The position numbers and the translations under genes were made by a program. A model generated the notes under the pieces. It saw nothing but the letters and a program-made list of their open reading frames with translations. It did no database searches and was not told the DNA's origin. This document shows, piece after piece, positions 60,373 through 64,000 of a stretch of 64,000 nt of DNA. Source of the DNA: Acidobacteriota bacterium (lineage in GTDB: Bacteria; Acidobacteriota; UBA6911; RPQK01; JAJDTT01); the NCBI GenBank assembly GCA_965263035.1, contig OZ253580.1, positions 4,736,001 to 4,800,000 of the forward strand, in the 5' to 3' direction. Numbering within the stretch: position 1 is the stretch's first letter; each line of letters starts with the position of its first letter.

Positions 60373-62898
60373 TCAAGGACTGGAGTCGGAAACAGCCGAA
60401 GAATCATTCGAAGAATCAAGACGGGTAAACGCTTCGTCACTCCATTGCACGTTCCCGCCCTTTTGCACGATCCCAATGGCAATGGTGGAGAGCTCGAAGT
60501 CGCTGTTTTCTTCCGGTACGTCCAGGCACATCTCCAGGATGGTGGGTTCCTGGAAGTTCCAGGGAAAAGACGCCGCCTGTTCTCCCGTGATCTCCAAGCT
60601 GCCGGGTGATTCCGCCGTCGGATTCCCCTTCAGATCGAAGGAGCGGAAATAGAGTCGAGTGCCGGCCGGGGCGCCGCGTTCCGGCTCGGCGGTCACCGAG
60701 GCGAAACCAAGATCCCTTCCGGCGCCGAAGACGCCGGTGATGTCCTGGCAGTCCCCATCCCCCAGCCACTCACGCGGGGTCTGGCCCGAGACGGAAAATA
60801 CCTCCTGAATATCTCCGTTTGCCTCTTCCTCCACCAGGTACCGCCCTTGAACCCGCAGCGAGTCGACCGTGCAGGGCGAGCGGACGAACACGGAAACGGC
60901 TCCAACCACCAACTCCTCCGAGTCCGCCGTCAAGGTCAGGATTCGGGCTCCACCTCTGGGAACGGTAGCCTCGTACAGGTTCCCTTCAATAGGTTGTCCG
61001 TCGAACAGAATCTCCGGAGCTTCGAAGGTTCCCCGGTGAAAGAGCAGCGCCATTTCGCAGGATTGGGGATCAGGGTCCCGGTTGGTGATCAGGATTTCAG
61101 CTTCGGCGGTGTTCACCCCGAGAGGGCCCATGAAGACATGGGGCAGAACGGCTGAGGTAGCACAGGGATCGCCGTCCCACAGGGAGAGGCAGTACGGAGG
61201 GGGATAGCGCTCTTGATCGATGTCACTGGGAGGCCGCGACGATCTCACGTCGGCGACCGCTGCCGGAGATGAACCGTCGCTGTTCGAGGCCCGTAACTCG
61301 ATCGACTTGTACGCGACCTCCGTGGGGAGACCCGTCAAGGTCCACTCGATGGTCACTCCCTTGCCCGGTCTCAACCAGGTCTTGGGGATCTCCGTGCTGT
61401 CGACCAAGATCTCGAAATCGAATCCCCGAAGGCGGTACCGGTAAACGGCGGTGGGGTCGCCGGGATCGTCCCAGGTCACCTTGATCCGGTCCGGCCCGAC
61501 CCAGCGTGCGCCCAGGTTCAACACGTACAGGTCGGGCAGACGACTCAGCTCCGGAGGTACAGGTCCCGTCAATCGGTTTCCCCGAAAGCTGAACTGCCAC
61601 AGGGTGGACAGTTGCCCCAACTCGGCCGGAAAGGGACCGCTCAACCGGTTGTGCTGGAGATGCAAGAACAACAGCTCCGACAGTTGACCCAGTACAGGCG
61701 GGATGGGCCCCGTCAGCCGGTTGTGGTCGAGGTGTAAGGTGCCCAGCCGGAACAATTGGCCCAGCTCGTTCGGGATGGAGTCCGTCAGCCGGTTGTGGTC
61801 CAGGCGCAACCCTATGAGTCGGGACAGTTGGCCCAGTTCGAGCGGAATCGGACCCGTCAGGACATTGTGTTCGAGGCGCAACCATTCCAACCGGGAAAGC
61901 CGGGCCAACTCGGCCGGGATGGGCCCCGTCAGGCGGTTGTGATGGAGCCGCAGCCAATCCAGCCGGGACAGTCGGGCCAACTCGAGCGGAATCGGGCCGG
62001 TCAACTGGTTTTCACCGAGCAACAGCCATCGCAAGCGGGACAGTTCGGCGAGCTGGGGTGGGATGGGACCCGTCAGCCGGTTGCCGCCGAGCACCAGCCA
62101 TTGAAGTTGGGACAGTTGGGCGAGTTCGTTGGGTATCGGACCCGTCAGGTGGCTGTCTGGTAGGTACAATGACCGTAGTTGGGACAGTTGGCCCAGTTCC
62201 GCCGGTATCGGACCCGCCAGTTGGTTCTGGCCCAGGCTCAGGTGTTGCAAATGGGACAGTTGAGCCAGTTCTTTCGGTATCGGACCGGTCAACTGGTTGT
62301 CGCGTAGTGAAAACACCCTCAACTGGGACAATTGGACCAGTTCCTTTGGAATCGGACCCGTCAGATGGTTTTCTCCGAGTGACAACTGTTCCAATCTCTC
62401 CAGTTGGGCCAGTTCGACCGGGATTGGCCCGTTCAGTTGATTTCCGGTGAGTCCCAACGATTGCAGTCGGGTCATTTCGCCGATTTGTCGTGGAATCGGA
62501 CCCGTCAACTGGTTGTAGTAAAGGTGCAACTCCTGCAATTGGGTCAGATTTGCCAGTTCTGCTGGAATCTGGCCGGTCAACTGGGTTTCTCTGAGTTTCA
62601 AGGCCGACACTCGACTTGGCGATCCGGAGATGGTGATTCCTTGCCAGTCGGAGATTGCCAAATCGGCATCCCAGTTCAGGGAGCCGGTTCCGGCCAACTC
62701 TTCGCGCAGCCCCAACAGGACGGTACAGTCTGCGACCAAGCCGCGGTTCTTGTCCGGATCGGGTACGGCCGTGCCATCATCGCAGGCCAGCAGACGAGCA
62801 TTGCCCGTCGTGAGAAGGAGGACGAATGTGAGGCTCCACAACGAGGTGGCCCCGATGGAAGCCGGGGCTCCGTTTCGCGATAACATCGGTATACCCAT
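60373..62898 (-). CDS. Secreted plant-type leucine-rich repeat protein with Fn3-like domain and conserved six-Cys C-terminal module
   Basis: Signal peptide, Cys/Trp cap (DCTVLL...LNW...WQGI), 15 x 24-aa LxxLxLxxNxLTGPIPxEL repeats. Confidence 0.93.
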   Translation of the reverse strand: MGIPMLSRNGAPASIGATSLWSLTFVLLLTTGNARLLACDDGTAVPDPDKNRGLVADCTVLLGLREELAGTGSLNWDADLAISDWQGITISGSPSRVSALKLRETQLTGQIPAELANLTQLQELHLYYNQLTGPIPRQIGEMTRLQSLGLTGNQLNGPIPVELAQLERLEQLSLGENHLTGPIPKELVQLSQLRVFSLRDNQLTGPIPKELAQLSHLQHLSLGQNQLAGPIPAELGQLSQLRSLYLPDSHLTGPIPNELAQLSQLQWLVLGGNRLTGPIPPQLAELSRLRWLLLGENQLTGPIPLELARLSRLDWLRLHHNRLTGPIPAELARLSRLEWLRLEHNVLTGPIPLELGQLSRLIGLRLDHNRLTDSIPNELGQLFRLGTLHLDHNRLTGPIPPVLGQLSELLFLHLQHNRLSGPFPAELGQLSTLWQFSFRGNRLTGPVPPELSRLPDLYVLNLGARWVGPDRIKVTWDDPGDPTAVYRYRLRGFDFEILVDSTEIPKTWLRPGKGVTIEWTLTGLPTEVAYKSIELRASNSDGSSPAAVADVRSSRPPSDIDQERYPPPYCLSLWDGDPCATSAVLPHVFMGPLGVNTAEAEILITNRDPDPQSCEMALLFHRGTFEAPEILFDGQPIEGNLYEATVPRGGARILTLTADSEELVVGAVSVFVRSPCTVDSLRVQGRYLVEEEANGDIQEVFSVSGQTPREWLGDGDCQDITGVFGAGRDLGFASVTAEPERGAPAGTRLYFRSFDLKGNPTAESPGSLEITGEQAASFPWNFQEPTILEMCLDVPEENSDFELSTIAIGIVQKGGNVQWSDEAFTRLDSSNDSSAVSDSSP

Positions 62899-62950
62899 TG
62901 CTCAGGTTACGTTACATTTCCAGCCGCCGGTTTCGCGTCCGCGATGAAGA

Positions 62951-62976
62951 GTGGGGACAAGAATGTCCCCTCTCCC
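62951..62976 (-). repeat. REP-like palindrome
   Basis: Reverse complement GGGAGAGGGGACATTCTTGTCCCCAC. Confidence 0.7.
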
Positions 62977-63017
62977 AGTTCTTTGCGGACTTGTCATGAC
63001 TGACTCCTGATCCGAGC

Positions 63018-64000
63018 TCAACGTCCGGACTCCGACCACGCCGAGGGATTCTCCGACCCGTACCTGTCCACGACGGCTTCATCACTCCACTGCACATTGC
63101 CTCCCTTCTGGACGATTCCGATGGCGATGGTGGAAATCTGAAATTCGCTGTCCGTTCCCGGAAGCTCCAGGCACATCTCGATGATGGTGGGCTCCCGAAA
63201 GCGCCATGGAAACGAAGCGGTCTGTTCCCCGGTGATCTCCAGGCTCCTGAGCGGGTTATCCAGGGGGTTCCCTTCCAGATCGAAGGAGCGAAAAAGGAGT
63301 CGAGCGCCTTCTGGGGCTTCTCGCTGGGGATCGGTGGTCACGTAAGCGAGACCCAGATCCCGTCCGGCGCCGAAGACTCCGGTCAAGACCTGGCAGTCCC
63401 TGTCTCCCAGCCATTCCTCGGAAGATTGGCCCGAAACGGAAAAGATCTCCTGGATCTCTCCCCCCATCGGGTATTCCACCAGATAGCGTCCCTGAACCTG
63501 CAGCGAGTCGGCCGCACAGGGCGAGCGGACGAAGACCGAGACCGCGCCGACCACCAAGTCCGCCGCATCCGCCGTCAAGGTCAGGATTTGGGCTCCTCCC
63601 GTAGGAACGCTGCCTTGGAAAAGATTCCCTTCAATTGGCTGGTGGTCGAAAAGGATCTCGGGAGCATCGGACGTCCCCCGATGAAAGAGCAATGCTACAT
63701 CGCAGGCCTGTGGATCAAGACCCCGGTGGGTAATGAGTATTTCAGCTTCGGCCGTGTTCTCCCCGAGAGGCCCCATGAAGACGTGGGGAAGAACGGCTGC
63801 GGTGGCACAGGATTCCCCGTCCCACAGGGAGCGACAATAAGGTTCCGCATCCGGCTCCTGGTTCGTGTCGTCGTCCGTGTCGTCGAGAATCTCGCGCGAT
63901 TCCACCGGGGCCCGTGCCTCCCGGCCGGGACCGTCCTTGTTGATCGCCCGCACCGCGATGGTGGTGTAGCCGGCAGCGGCCGGCAGATCCGTCAATGTGG
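63018..64000 (-). CDS. 3' part of a protein ending in an Fn3-like strand plus the conserved six-Cys module (start lies beyond the window)
   Basis: LTDLP..YTTIAVRAINKDGPG then YCRSLWDGESC...GGNVQWSDEA. Confidence 0.88.
   Translation of the reverse strand, partial: TLTDLPAAAGYTTIAVRAINKDGPGREARAPVESREILDDTDDDTNQEPDAEPYCRSLWDGESCATAAVLPHVFMGPLGENTAEAEILITHRGLDPQACDVALLFHRGTSDAPEILFDHQPIEGNLFQGSVPTGGAQILTLTADAADLVVGAVSVFVRSPCAADSLQVQGRYLVEYPMGGEIQEIFSVSGQSSEEWLGDRDCQVLTGVFGAGRDLGLAYVTTDPQREAPEGARLLFRSFDLEGNPLDNPLRSLEITGEQTASFPWRFREPTIIEMCLELPGTDSEFQISTIAIGIVQKGGNVQWSDEAVVDRYGSENPSAWSESGR

Noticed and set aside
61530-62610. 72-bp periodic repeats as a CRISPR array or DGR target
   Set aside because: They are in-frame LRR codons with no spacers; no cas or reverse transcriptase gene and no adenine-specific template/variable pair

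Overview
GC-rich bacterial window (by eye roughly 60-65% GC). The gene content (two DUF1549/DUF1553-DUF1501 clusters, PVC-type heme protein, DUF1080, four CRTAC1/ASPIC-UnbV proteins, plant-type LRR protein, PhyH, URO-D-like, solute transporters) suggests an Acidobacteriota/PVC-like organism, possibly a host (e.g. sponge) symbiont; this taxonomy is inference only. The mobile and defence content can be resolved to the base. (1) An IS110 element (29112..30667, minus strand) sits in a GGAG-headed REP palindrome; its upstream non-coding end reads as a complete bridge RNA whose four guide segments match the observed target and donor junctions, and it has an unusually long, hairpin-rich right end. 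(2) An IS1595 element (10215..11976; perfect 26-bp TIR, 8-bp TSD) carries a gutted methyltransferase passenger and splits an HKD-nuclease gene next to a sacsin-type ATPase/DUF3883 gene. (3) A BsuBI/PstI-like type II RM pair. (4) Two MITE-like families and a REP family. Other notable items: a conserved ~255-aa six-Cys C-terminal module shared by three secreted proteins with different N-termini, a CRTAC1 tandem duplication that captured the signal peptide of the neighbouring TPR gene, a ~22% GC island inside an ABC operon, and a probable CTG start codon. No rRNA, tRNA or CRISPR array was seen. Family assignments are from motif recognition by eye, not database searches.
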